In this document: positions 1 to 11,570 of the stretch, one piece after another | Numbering within the stretch: the first letter of the stretch is position 1 | Layout: each line of letters starts with the position of its first letter | NCBI GenBank assembly: GCA_013239625.1 | Contig: MU056050.1 | Span: 5,899,366 to 5,963,365 of the forward strand | Source: Lama guanicoe | Lineage: Eukaryota | Direction of reading: 5' to 3' | Length of the DNA: 64,000 nucleotides | Position numbers and translations under genes: made by a program | Notes under the pieces: generated by a model | What the model was told of the DNA's origin: nothing | What the model saw: only the letters and a program-made list of their open reading frames with translations | The model's database searches: none

Positions 1-176
1 AAAGCAGGCCAGGGTGACCAGATATCAAGGGTGAGGGGCTATCTTGAAACCGACTTAGGATTCTCACTAAAACTGGACTTAGCAAGGATGGACATGGAAG
101 TCCCAGATCGAGGCCTAGCGTGAATAGGGCTCAGAGGAGCCTCATTCAAGTTTGGTCAAGGAGAGAGCCTTTGTCA
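1..176 (-). mobile_element. ERV1-class LTR fragment (MER31-like), cut by window edge
   Basis: Reverse complement begins TGACAAAGGCTCTCTCCTTGACCAAACTTGAATGAGGCTCCTCTGAGCCC, resembling the remembered 5' end of MER31-type LTRs. Confidence 0.65.
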
Positions 177-1095
177 CGCTGCTCCACTTTTGTCCAGGCC
201 CTTGTTATCGCTTTCCTCAGTTGTTGTACTAGTCTCCTAACTGTGGCCTCTCCCTCTAGTTTCTAACCCCTAATACCTCTCCTCCTCATTCTAGCCAGAG
301 CAGTCTTTCTAAAATATGTTTCTGATCAAGTCCTTCACCTTCTCAAGAATCCAACTTCAATAGACCCCCACTGACTACATATATAATTCAGTATCTTTAC
401 AGAAGAACAACAGTTACAACTTATTGAAGACTTACTATGTCTCAGGCCTTATGCTAGGCACATGGCAAACATTAGACTTTACTTAACAAATTAACCCTCA
501 CTACAATCCCATAAGTTGTTCCAATTAGTATTCCCATTGCATAGGTCCTCATCCAAGATACAGACTGATAACTTGCCCAACGTCACGTAGCTAGGGAGTA
601 GCAGTGCCCAAGTTTGAACCTGTTCCATCTGATCCAGAACCATGTTGTTATATAGCTGCTCTCCTTCACCATCTGGCCTCAGCTGTCTTTCCAGCCTCAT
701 TGCCATGATGCTCCCCTATATTTTGTCAGCACTCCAGACACCCCAAACTATTCAGCATTTTGCAAGGACACCATTATGTCCATCTTTCATGCTTCTGCAT
801 CTTTATACGTACTATCCCTTCTGCCTAGAATATGTTGTTTCATCTCCCAGACTTCATGAATTTCTACTCGCGCTCCCAGAGCTAGCTCAAAACTCATGAC
901 CACAGTGTAGACCTGCCCGGCCTTCCCAGTTAAGTCATTTCATCGTGTTGAACTACATTGCCTCGTACACACAAAGGAATGGAAGCTCAGTGGAGACAGA
1001 GGCTGTCTTCTTTACGCATTGCTGTTTCTCTGGCATCCAGTACAGTACTTGACACAAAGAAGGCAGTCAATAAATGTGTGTCGAAAGGGTGAATT
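177..1095 (+). mobile_element. L2 LINE 3' region, interrupted by a MIR
   Basis: L2-like motifs 'ctagccagagcagtctttctaaaa' and 'ccttctgcctagaat', plus terminal 'gacacaaagaaggcagtcaataaatgtgtgtcgaaagggtgaat'. Confidence 0.7.
412..650 (-). mobile_element. MIR SINE
   Basis: 'ttattgaagacttactatgt...aacttgcccaacgtcacgtagcta...tttgaacct' matches the MIR reverse complement. Confidence 0.8.
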
Positions 1096-3789
1096 TAAAA
1101 TACCTTTCTCGTTATCACTTAAATACAACACTGGAATTAATTCACATGGCTATCTCTCATTCTATACTTTAATTAAGCCCCTAGGGTGGAACCACATTTT
1201 CTTGTCATATCCATTGTTCCTAATGCAATGTATGACTCAGACTAGGTATGGATTAAATATTTATTTAAAAAATAGATGTCTGAAATTCATACTATAGACA
1301 GCCAACACTTGGAATAAGGTTTTGTGGCCCTAACAATTTCCTCTTGACATGCTATTATGCCTGAGGAAAGCACAGAAGCCACACTTTGGCAATTATCGGG
1401 TATAAGGACCCGTAGCAGAGACTGATCAGCCAGACTGACTGCCAGTGTGACAGCTGCTGGCAGGTGGGTCCTTGGATAGGACAGAACATTGTGCGGGACA
1501 ACAGGTCCATAACAAGGGACATGGTTAGAGGTCCCGGTGCTATCTGAGGGTTGCCTCAAGGCACTCAATGTCTTAAGGAAGAAGAAAGGCTGGTGTAGTT
1601 GTCAATGTCTCTATGTATCAGGTGCCTGAAAGTGGAGAGTGAAACAGATGGTCAAATCAACTGGTTGCTAGTTGGATGAGGAAGACATTGGCCTGGAAAA
1701 TTCACAGGTGGAAAAGATTCTCCTACAATTTTACCATTCTAAACAGGTAAGTCTTACACGGAAACACCGACAGCAGACACCAAAGAACAGATACTAAGTG
1801 GATATTCTGAAGAGAGAGGGAAATGTCTCCATTCTGCTGAGTGCCGACCCTGAATTAGGCTTTGTGCCACTTTAGGCTCTGTGCTGGCGAGCACTCAGTC
1901 AGGCCTGTGGCTGCTGGCAAGGGCCCCAGACACTGCATGAAACCAGCAAGACCTCCGACAGGGTCCCTACTTCCTCGAAGGCGCATATCCAAAAGCCTCC
2001 TTGACATTCTCATTCCATAGGGAGCACCTGGAGTTCTTTGGCTGGAGGAAGGAAAACTGATGGAAAACTCAGCTTTCAGCCTGTTCAAGAATTAGATTTA
2101 TCTGGCTGCACAGTTTTTCATGCAGAGTTAAAACCACTTAATGGGTCTATTGTCAAAGCTTCTTTTCATCGATTTTCAGCAGAAGTAACTTTCTAAGGCT
2201 CTTTGCAAGATTTTGCGTAGTTATGCCTCAAGGAGGCTGGAGTATAAAGTTTCTGTGGAGAAGGAAAAAAAAAAAACAAGCACACAATTCACAAAGGCCT
2301 AAATAGATGGGCCAGAGAGTGAAAATTCAAGAAGTTGCAAACTATTGGACCAAAAAAATTGGGGGTGTCATTACTTCTAGGCCACAGGGAACCATGGCTA
2401 ATCCCCAGGGCTCTGAGGAACAGCATCCAACTTGCACCTCAGGGAAACCAGTAGCAGTTGAATGTCTTTCTGGTTTAATTTGAAGTCCAGGAAGCCCTTC
2501 CTTCCCTGCCTTGCCCTACTCTAGAGCTTTCAATTCCCATCATTACAGTTTGGTGGGGTTTTTTCTTTTTTCCCTTTGGGGTAAGGCACTCAAGTGAAAT
2601 GGAAAAACACCCCAGGAATACGAAGGCATTAACTTCTGGTTAGATTTAACTACCTTAGCACTGATTTACTTAATAGTTACCAGGGGAACAGCCTGGGAAG
2701 AAGAGAGTAAGGCCTTGAAGGCACAGACTCGGGTGTCAGAATCAAGGAAGGGAAAAACTGAGAGTGGAGCCGGGCCCAGATCTGGAGCTGGGCTGGTCAC
2801 TCTAAGCAGCCCTGGGGAACAGGAAACGGTTCACCAGTGGTTAGGCCACCGCACCACGAAAGATGCGTGCTGTCACAAGTTTTCAAACCTAGCTCCGAAG
2901 GAAACCTTACAAAATGAGACTGGACTCTTCCCTCACTCCTGTGACTCCTCCATACTTCTTTTAAAATACTATTTTATTTATGTTTATACAAAGGCATCGG
3001 AAGGCACTGCAAATCCTCAGGAATAGGGAATGTGTCCATCACCAGAGAGAGGATTGGGAGGACACGCTGTGCTTCGCCTTGAATAAAGGTCTTCGATGTG
3101 GGGTGTCACAACTCAAAAAGGCTGTCCTGTCGTCAGCGGGCAGGAGCCCCACAAAGCCACACTGATGCAGCTCTCGTGACAAGTCTAGCTAGCTTTTGCC
3201 AACTACGCCCGTCCCTGTCCTCCCAGGGCAAGAACCACCCACGCCGCAACTGGGTTCCAGTGTGAAGCCTTGGGACCTTGTGTCCTTCATCCCCACTACT
3301 CACCATCACTCTTGCTCACTGAATCGATTTGTCCCCTTTTGTGGCACAATCGTCTGCTTTCTTAGTCCCTCTGGTTCCCTGTATTGTGCCCTCGGGAGTC
3401 TCATTCTACTGTCGATAGCATTTACTGTATTGTCTGCCTTTCCTCCAGTGTTCCCCTGCCGCCTGCGGGCTTCCCCCTCTGAGATCTATGCTTCTCTCAG
3501 GACCACTTGAAGAGGCCCGTCCCCTTCCTCGCAGGGCCAAGAGAGTCGTTCTACCAGCTCCTCACTCATCTTGGCTATCTGCCTTCCATGGTGATACCAC
3601 CTTCCTTCAACTCCCACTCCTGTGAAGCTCACACTGTAATAATCCAAGGACACCTTCCCCTTCTCATCCCCCGCACGGTCATGTTCCTCAGCTGGGCTCT
3701 CCATGCTTCTGGTCACTTACTCACTGCCTGTCCCAACCCTCCTAGCTTACGCCCTGCTCCCCTCAAGCCCCCAGGCCTACCTGTTCTTC

Positions 3790-4120
3790 ACATTTACAAA
3801 CAACAATGATTTTAAAAAAAAAACCTTATTTGGACACCACCTTCTTCTCAATTCCCCATTTCTCATTTCTTTTACTGACAAAAATTGATGAGCAGATTTC
3901 GTCTCGCACACCGCTTTTACCACACACGCCCTAATTAAGTCTTAGCACTATACTTACACTGTTCACTCAGAGGTAACTAACGATCTCCTAATTGCCAAAT
4001 GCATCCGCCTCTTCCCCAGCTCATCCAGCTCAATCTCTCAGCAGCATTTGATAGTTTATTACACAGTTTGTTAAAAAAAAAACTTCTCCCCATCACCTCC
4101 TCCTTTTCCCATCTCCCCTT
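3790..4120 (+). mobile_element. L2 fragment (RT region)
   Basis: 'ggtaactaacgatctcctaattgccaaat...ctctcagcagcatttgata' resembles L2 ORF2. Confidence 0.55.
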
Positions 4121-4830
4121 CCCTCTCCCCCACTAGAAATATCCTTTGACGTCATGAAGACAACAAGGCCCTCAACTTCTCTAGCCTTGCCCGGTTATTT
4201 TGCTGTTTTACTTCATGCAGCCGACATGCCCCCCCGCCTTCCCCACCAACGACATTCACACAGCACTCCCACTCCAGCTCCGAGAATTTCACTTCCTCTG
4301 CCTTCTGCTGTATTTGGCCCTCCCAAATCCAAGCTTGTACAAACACAACTCTCCATTTTCACTGTGCAAGCTTCGAGGTCACCAAGCACGGGTGGCAGAA
4401 GTCATGCCGGGGCATGAAGTACCTCTGAAGCACATGTGTTTTATGAAACAGCACTCGGGTTCTTGGTGTGACTCCACCAGGTGACTTGGCTCAAGCCAAC
4501 CTCCTTGATCAGGACTCCCTAGAGTGTGTTCCTTGGAACCCTAATGATAGGGAATCGTAGAAACACCTACATGCAGAACTGATGATGGACAAATAAGTTG
4601 GGAAATGCAGGATAAACAAACACAGGTCATTTCTCTATTACAGAAATCCTGAGTCTCTAATATCCTCACATACAATATGAAAGGTCTATATGATGAATTT
4701 TTTAACCTATCCGGCCTTAGAAACATTTTTCTCATTGTCTCCTGGAATAATATTCTGAGGGGGTATCACTGCCTAAAATACTGCCATGTCGCACTCAGCC
4801 ATTTCCATTTCCTCTTCTCAAATGTCCCCC

Positions 4831-4941
4831 CACTGGAATTTGACACAACACTGTAAAATGATTATGAATCAATAAAAAATCTAAAGAACTAAAAAAAAGA
4901 AAAAAAGAAAATAAAGATTAAGGGTAACCAAAAAAAAAAAA
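4831..4941 (+). mobile_element. Severely 5'-truncated young L1 3' end with double poly(A)
   Basis: 'cactggaatttgacacaacactgtaaaatgattatgaatcaataaaaaat' is near-identical to the tail of the L1 ending at ~21710. TSD aaatgtcc at 4820-4827 and 4939-4946. Confidence 0.85.
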
Positions 4942-5330
4942 TGTCCTCTCTCGACCCATTCTCAAACTGCCTAAAGCATTCTGAGTTTCCTTACTCACGA
5001 TTTTTGCATCCTACCTCACTAAGAAACAATTTATATCCAATGTACATGAAATCCCCTTTAATTAATGATTCATCTCTCCCTAGGGTAAATGTAGTTCTTC
5101 TCTGCTAAGATTTGGCTTTAAGCCAAATCTTGCTTTGTGAGATCAGAAACCTGATCTCTCATCATCGCTCTAAAAGTTGCTCTTTGCACCCCGATCACTT
5201 TTTTTCTGCGTTCTCCCAGAGCTTACACCCTCTGACCCAGACACCACCTCACTCAAGTTCTTCCCTAAAATAAACAAACCTACATGCCCTGTGAGCTGTC
5301 ATTTTTCTTTCATGCCCTTCCTGCCAAATT

Positions 5331-5459
5331 CTTTAATTTTGGGAGGGGGGATGATTAGGTTTTTATATATTTATCTTTAATGGAGGTACTGAGGATTGAA
5401 CCCAGGACCTCATGCGTGCTAGGCATGCACTCTACCACTGAGCTATACCCTCCCTCCTG
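5331..5459 (-). mobile_element. Vic-1-type camelid tRNA-derived SINE
   Basis: Minus strand reads GGGAGGGTATAGCTCAGTGGTAGAGTGCATGCCTAGCACGCATGAGGTCCTGGGTTCAATCCTCAGTACC (A and B boxes) then an AT-rich tail. TSD cttcctgcc(a/g)aatt at 5317-5330 and 5460-5473. Confidence 0.9.
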
Positions 5460-5474
5460 CTTCCTGCCGAATTG

Positions 5475-6145
5475 CTGAAAGACTAGTCTAAGATATCTGC
5501 CTCCTTGTCACTATCTACTCACTTCTCTACCCCTGCAGTCTGGCTGCCAACCGCACCATGATCTGTAATTGTGGACCCCAAGGCCTCCTCTCGATTTTCA
5601 TCCCAATGACCATGTTAGGGCATCTAGCAGTGTCCATCATTTACTTCTCCCAGGACTTACACAATTCACCCTTCTTTTGGTTCTCCCCTTAAATCCCCAG
5701 CTACCCCTCACTCCTTCTCAGTCTCCTCCCCTGACTCCTCCTACTTTGCCCACTCCTCCCTCAGTGCAATGGTTTCTCAGCGTTCTCTCCTTGACTTTCA
5801 TCTTCTCGCTCTGCCCTCCCCATCTAAAGTGAGCTCATTCCGTCTCATGCTTCTGGTCTTCATCCTTTTCCTGAGCTTCAGACATGATTTCCCAATAGCC
5901 ACTAGTCATCTCAGTTCACTTGACTGGAACGTTCCTAGTCACACATGCCAACAATTTCCATGTCATTTTTCATTCCACCCTCACTCAGCCAGTCTCCAAA
6001 CATGTTCCCACCCACAGGCAGCCCAAAGAGTCACTAAATTCAAATTCTATCTCCAAAATGTCATTTGTCCCTGGCCTCAATTCCCATTTCCAGGACCCTA
6101 GTTTAAGCCTCCATCATCTCTTGCACTATGTGAAGGCATCCTAAT
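5475..6145 (+). mobile_element. L2 LINE fragment
   Basis: Pyrimidine-rich L2-like sequence: 'ctgcagtctggctgcc', 'ctatctccaaaatgtc', 'ctccatcatctcttgcactatgtgaaggcatcctaa'. Confidence 0.6.
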
Positions 6146-6244
6146 TCAGGCGTTAGCAGTATGCTATGTACATCACAGGCACCTAGGACATGTTTCTTAA
6201 TTTAAATGCACAACATGATGAAACCACCGTGCAAAGAACAACCT

Positions 6245-6505
6245 GTCTATAGTTAAGAGAAAAAGCTTTGGAGCCGGACTTGCGTGGATTCATACTCTAG
6301 CTAAATATGAAGGGGTAACTTACTAGCTTTTTAGTTTGAGCCATTTAAATAACTGTTCCTTTGTAATTCTGTTTCCTCATCTGTAAAATGAAGATAATGG
6401 CACTTACCTCATAAACTTACATGGATTAAATAAGCTAACACGTGAAAAATGCTATAAAAACTGCATGGCAAGTAGTAAGCAACCCAGAAGTGTTAACGGT
6501 GGTTA
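6245..6505 (+). mobile_element. MIR SINE
   Basis: 'gttaagagaaaaagctttggagccggac...ctgtttcctcatctgtaaaatgaagataat...gtaagcaacc'. Confidence 0.85.
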
Positions 6506-6964
6506 TCATAATTACTTCCTTACACATTCACTGCAACAGGCTGATTCATAAAACATTTTCCTAACCTTCACGGTTCCTGCTTTCCCTGACATAGGATGGT
6601 ATCTGCTTGAACAGAAAAGTCCTCTAGATCAAGCCAATCAAAGATATTGTCTCTGTCAACACATCACTTAAAGTGACCACATCAATACTGATTTGAAAGC
6701 AAGATTTGGCCCACATAATTTCTAATCCACTCAAACTACCTCTGAAGGACCCAGTGTTGAATGCCATTAGGGATTTGATTATTCTTTATGTGATGTTTTT
6801 TTAATCACAGACCAGAGCAGGAGTTGGCCAAAGAGGCCTCTGAGGCAGTCTTAAGGCACTAAGAACGGACATTAAGGACAAGAAGCCCAGTGGTGTGGCT
6901 CTGAGTCCATCCAAGACCAGAGGCAGAGCCTGAGGACAGACACAGACATCTAGTACACGTGAAG

Positions 6965-7170
6965 CAGTAGAGGTTCCCAGTCAGAGTTGGACGCTGGACT
7001 CAGATTGCCTAGTTTCAAACTGAAGAAGTGGCTTCACCTGAGTCTCAATGTCCTTGTCTGTATCATGGGATGACAATATAGCATTATCTCCTTCAGAAGA
7101 CAGTTGTGAGGAGGAAAGGACAAAATCTATGCACGCAGCTTGGCACAAGGCCTGGCTCAATGATTGCTTT
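6965..7170 (+). mobile_element. MIR SINE
   Basis: 'ctggactcagattgcctagtttcaaac...tctcaatgtccttgtctgtatcatgggatgacaata...gttgtgaggagg'. Confidence 0.7.
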
Positions 7171-7594
7171 TAGCATCATCATCATCCTCATCCTCATCAG
7201 TAACAGAGCTTAAGCCCAAAACACCAGCCCATAGTTAACCAGGGTCACAGGCAAAAGGCAGCTGTAGGTTTCTTATGACAGAACATCCTACTTAAGACTC
7301 TACCAGGCTTCCTTTATCCTGATTTGTTCCCACCCCCAGTTCTTTCTTTTAGAAGTTAAGATCTTGTCCCCATAAATGACTATATGGATTTGCCCTCTAT
7401 AGTGGAACTTCAGAGTTCAACTGCCCTTCCTAGGTCCCCCATGACCAGTGCCCTCCTTTCCTCTTCCTCTTCATCTGCCATCACTCTCATTCTGATCTTC
7501 ATCCTCTAGGTACACTGAATGGCTCAGTGTCTTCACATAGTCTCTCATGCCTCTGTGCTTTAGTTCAAGCTACTCCATCTGCTTAGGAAGCCCT

Positions 7595-7870
7595 CCTTCA
7601 TTCAGCAAGTAACTGAGAATCGAGAATGTTCGCCAGTGCTGCTGCAGGTACCAGGGGATACAGCCATGAACACAACAGACCAAATTCACTTACCTTCCTG
7701 GCACTCATATTCTAGTGGGGGCAGAGAGGTTCATAATAAATATGTGAATAAAACAACACAATTACAGATTGTGATAAGTGCTACGGAAATGGACAAAGAC
7801 TAATACAGAAAATAGGGCATTACTTTCAACAGGGTGGACAGGAAGGGTCTCTCTGAAAGGGGTCATGGAC
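7595..7870 (-). mobile_element. L2 3' end
   Basis: 'ttcattcagcaagtaactgag...ggggatacagccatgaacacaacagac...tgtgataagtgcta'. Confidence 0.7.
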
Positions 7871-8044
7871 TGATTATTAGTAGTATTATTACCCCACTCA
7901 TCTGTTAGGTTTCAGCCTTAGCCTTCACCCCTCCAGGAAGCCTGCTCTGAATTACCAAGTCCAGATACTTTTCTTCTGCACTCTTAACAGCACCCAGTAT
8001 ATGCTGCACACACGGCCTGACGCATATACGAAGCCCGTAGTAGA

Positions 8045-8220
8045 GAAAGGATTCTGAACCAGAGGACTATGGCCACTTAGGGAGTCCGCAGGAAGAGGAA
8101 AGTGCACTCAAAAGTTAGCCTACATATGCATTCGTGTATTTTTTCTGGTGTGAGTGGTTCGCAGCCTTTGTCATCTTCTAAAAGAGTAAATGACCGCATC
8201 AAAGGGTAAGGCCCACTGCT
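8045..8220. mobile_element. hAT-Charlie-type MITE remnant
   Basis: Degenerate TIR ends ('ggattctgaacc' ... 'gggtaaggcccactg') and internal 'tgcattcgtgtattttttctgg'. Confidence 0.5.
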
Positions 8221-10009
8221 GGGCTGATGGTCAGTGAACCATCACGTTTCGCCCTCTTTGTGAGCACTGCATTAGCTGTCCTTGAACGAGCTCTGTCCGG
8301 GGGTATGTGTGGCTTAATGCCGAATTAGTGCCCATACTGATTCATTCCTTTAATGTATTTAACATCCCTTTATTGAGCGGTGAAAATACACCAGGCACGA
8401 TGTTAAGCACGGTGGGAGTTAAAGAGATGAGATCCAAGTATAAAGCAGAGCAGAGGCCTCCCACCATTCCCTCATATACACCCATTCTCTTCTATTTGGT
8501 CATCAGCACCTGTAGAGACAGAACCCCTTGCTGTGCTTTCTTCTCTATCTCCTTGTAGCTCTTAATGTGAACTCCTCATGTAGATGGTACTCGGTAAAAG
8601 GCTATTCATTTCTTGGTCACTTTTGTCAGAAGACAGGGCAGTGAGCTGAATTCTATCCATAGCCAGTTAACAATGAGTCTGAGTGTATGTTCAGAGACGT
8701 GATTACATGTGATTTATAAAAGGTAGCAACAGCTGAGAAAGCACAAAGCTTTCTGAATTAATGGTGTGACCCTGCCCTTCCTGAATTGGAATGGTGGGAC
8801 CTATGTTATGGTCTGTGGGAAAATGAGTGAGGATCCTGGGAGGGAATGAAAATAGCCGTAAACTGTATCTTGGGGCTAAATTCATTCCAATCAGAGACCA
8901 CAACACAGAATTAGGACGTAATTCAGAAAGCAGCAGGATTATTCAAGCCAAGGAGAGTTTGCTGGGGGAGCACTCAATATGGCAAAGGAAGGAAGATGGA
9001 GGGGAGGGGAAGAGGGCGTAAATCAGGGGAAGAAAAGGGAAGGGAAAGGAAAACTTGTGTGGCTGGTGACCACTGAGTAACATTTTGGGCATTTGTCAAA
9101 TGTGAAATAGATTTGTTACAGTCAGTTGACACTGTCACTGAAGTAGTAATTCTAAATTCTTCTCTCTCTTTCTGCCTAATTCCTAATACTCTGGCCCATA
9201 CCTAGCTGAAAAAACAAATTGCATTTCTTCAGCCATGAGTAGTCTTCCTTAGAAGAATAATTAAAACCTTTATGCCTCAAAACAGTTACCTTGTTTTTCT
9301 TAGACCCCCACCGTAACGCCATTTTGGTCCTCTCTGTTTTGTTAAAAGCTCAGTTGGGGGAATCCACGATATTCAGAGTTGCCTTTTATAAGAATAAATT
9401 TTGCCAAATTAGGCAAAGTATTTAGGAAAAGGGTTAATTTGAATTTGTGCAAAGTCTACTTTTTGGAGCAAGATTAAAGAAAAAGAATACTATCACGTAT
9501 TAAGCACAAATGTAAACTAACCGCTAATACACTGCTGTAGGATAAAGACCCCCTTGGACAAGCTTTAATTAAGAGATATGACTCATTGGTAATTGGAATA
9601 TTATTTGTAGGAAGGCAGGTGTTAAAAAAGGCAATTTGAGAATTGTTTTTAAAAAAGAGTTTAATTTCTTATATAGACTTGGCATGCCTCTTACAATCTT
9701 GTTTTACTGTTTATTTGTGCATGCAAAGATATTAAAAGCCCTGGGTTTTCTAAATGATCATGATTTCTAAAATTTAGAGAGAGAGCTTACAAAAATGAGT
9801 GCTATGGTGTGTATGTGAAAAGGAACATGGAACCTTAAATGTTCAAGAAAGTCGTAAGTATCTGTGCAAAACCAAACCTCACATGATGGCAACATTTCAT
9901 ACCAGGTCCTACAGAAAGCTTTCCAAGGGTAAGATCCTCAGACAGGAGATGGGTTTGGCAAATGTCCCAAATTGATCACTGTGTCACCCTATACCCAGAT
10001 AGACTTCTA

Positions 10010-10760
10010 TAATTCATCTCCAGTCTAGAACAAACCATCTCATTTGTAGACATTTTAATTCTTTAAACATATACATCATAGTTATTTTAAACTCTGGATC
10101 TGATAAGTCCATCACTGGGGGCACTTGTGGGTTTATTTCTATTATCTGTGCTTTGCCTTAGTTTTTGGTCATGTGGTCTCATCTCATTCTCTGCCTGATT
10201 ATTTTTGACTGACTGTCCAAGACATCACATGTGAAAACCTGAAAAACTAATTTGAGGCTTAAGATAGTATTACCTTCCTCCAGAGACAATATATATTTGT
10301 TTTTGGCAGGCATTAAGAGTCTAAAGGCACTAACCACCACCAGATCACTTTTAATCTAATCAGATATTGGAATGACCAGATGCTAGGCTTGAGTTCCTGT
10401 AAGGGGTAGCCTATTTCTGGTTTGCCCTTACACCTAGGATGTTGCTTTTCAGGGTCACAACCCACAAGTAGAGGCTTTACCAGAAACCCTCCTCTTTGAT
10501 AAGCCCTGACATTCAGGGGGGCCAGCCTCTGGACTTGTAAACTCTTTTCAGTTCCTCAGCTTCTCAGCTTCACTTTTGGAATCAAGAAATATGCTGAGGG
10601 AAGATGTGGCACTAAAGTTAGGTTCACCTCTTTGGTCTTCTCACCTGTCTTTGCCCTGGCCCACTAATTCTTCCCAGCCTTATCTGATCTCCAGTGTTTC
10701 AAATGGGTGTTATTAATATTTTGAACAGAACTATTACTGTTTTCCGTTGAAGGGTTGGTC
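10010..10760 (-). mobile_element. Ancient L1M 5'/ORF1-region fragment
   Basis: 'tctttaaacatatacatcatagttattttaaactctggatctgataagtccatcactggggg...' resembles old L1M 5' regions in antisense. Confidence 0.5.
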
Positions 10761-10768
10761 CAAAGTAG

Positions 10769-11035
10769 CAGGAATGACTTGTTCATTAGGCACAGTAGAT
10801 GCTGTGTCTAAGGCCCACAATACTTTTAGGGGCCCACAAAAATGTTTTAATTTCTTTGAAAATTCAGAAGAGATGAACTTTTAGGTTGGGTAAGATGTTT
10901 TAGTATGTAGTATTAACATATCCATCTTTATACCAATACTATCATAAAATACAATTTTTAATAATTTTTTTTATGCAGGAAAGAGTTAATGAAGGCAAAG
11001 GTGCCAAGAGCCCACAAAAGTCATACTATGGCTCT
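10769..11035. mobile_element. hAT-Tip100 MITE (ORSL-like), copy 1
   Basis: 'cattaggcacagtag...ggcccacaatacttttaggggcccacaaaaatgttttaatttc...gcccacaaaagtcatactatggctct'; homologous to 27543-27788. Confidence 0.7.
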
Positions 11036-11219
11036 CAACACCAGCAGTCTACCACTGCTGAAAGCAAACCTTCTCTGGATGTACTTCACAGGCATTCATA
11101 CTGCAGTATAAAATATCACGCAAATGTGATTACTCTGCCAAAAACTTTCTCATCCACCATCTAGTTTGAGACTCCCAAGAATCTGGAAAGATAGGGGGCA
11201 GGGGGCCGAGTTGAGGGAA

Positions 11220-11570
11220 ATGGGACACAGAGCTCACTTGACTTGCCCGAGGTCACACAAGAAGTCAGTAACAGACTAAGGATTCAAGCTCCCATCTAGA
11301 GCTGAACAATGTGCAAGAAATGCCTTGTGCAATATAATCGCAGAACCCTTGAATATTTTGAGAGCAATATGACCTGTTATCAAAAATGCTATGGAAACAC
11401 TGTCTTACATCAATAAGCATACTGATCAAGAAGTCATGAAATCTGAATTTTAATCCTGGCTCAGTACTAACGCAGTGTGTTACCTTGAACAAGGCATGTC
11501 ATGGTCCTGGGCCCCTTCTCTAAAACAAAGCACTTGGAGAGCTCAGTCTAAAGTTCTCCACCAGCTCAAT
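11220..11570. mobile_element. Two MIR fragments in opposite orientation
   Basis: 'gacttgcccgaggtcacaca...ggattcaagctc' (-) and 'tttaatcctggctcagtactaacgcagtgtgttaccttgaacaag' (+). Confidence 0.65.

Noticed and set aside
5380..5455. tRNA gene (also 31535-31610)
   Set aside because: A and B boxes are present, but the AT-rich tail and TSDs mark these as SINEs.
9290..9333. 44-nt minus-strand exon (MALRWGSKKNK) with donor AAG/GTAACT
   Set aside because: Weak polypyrimidine tract and unrecognised peptide; no support beyond GT/AG.
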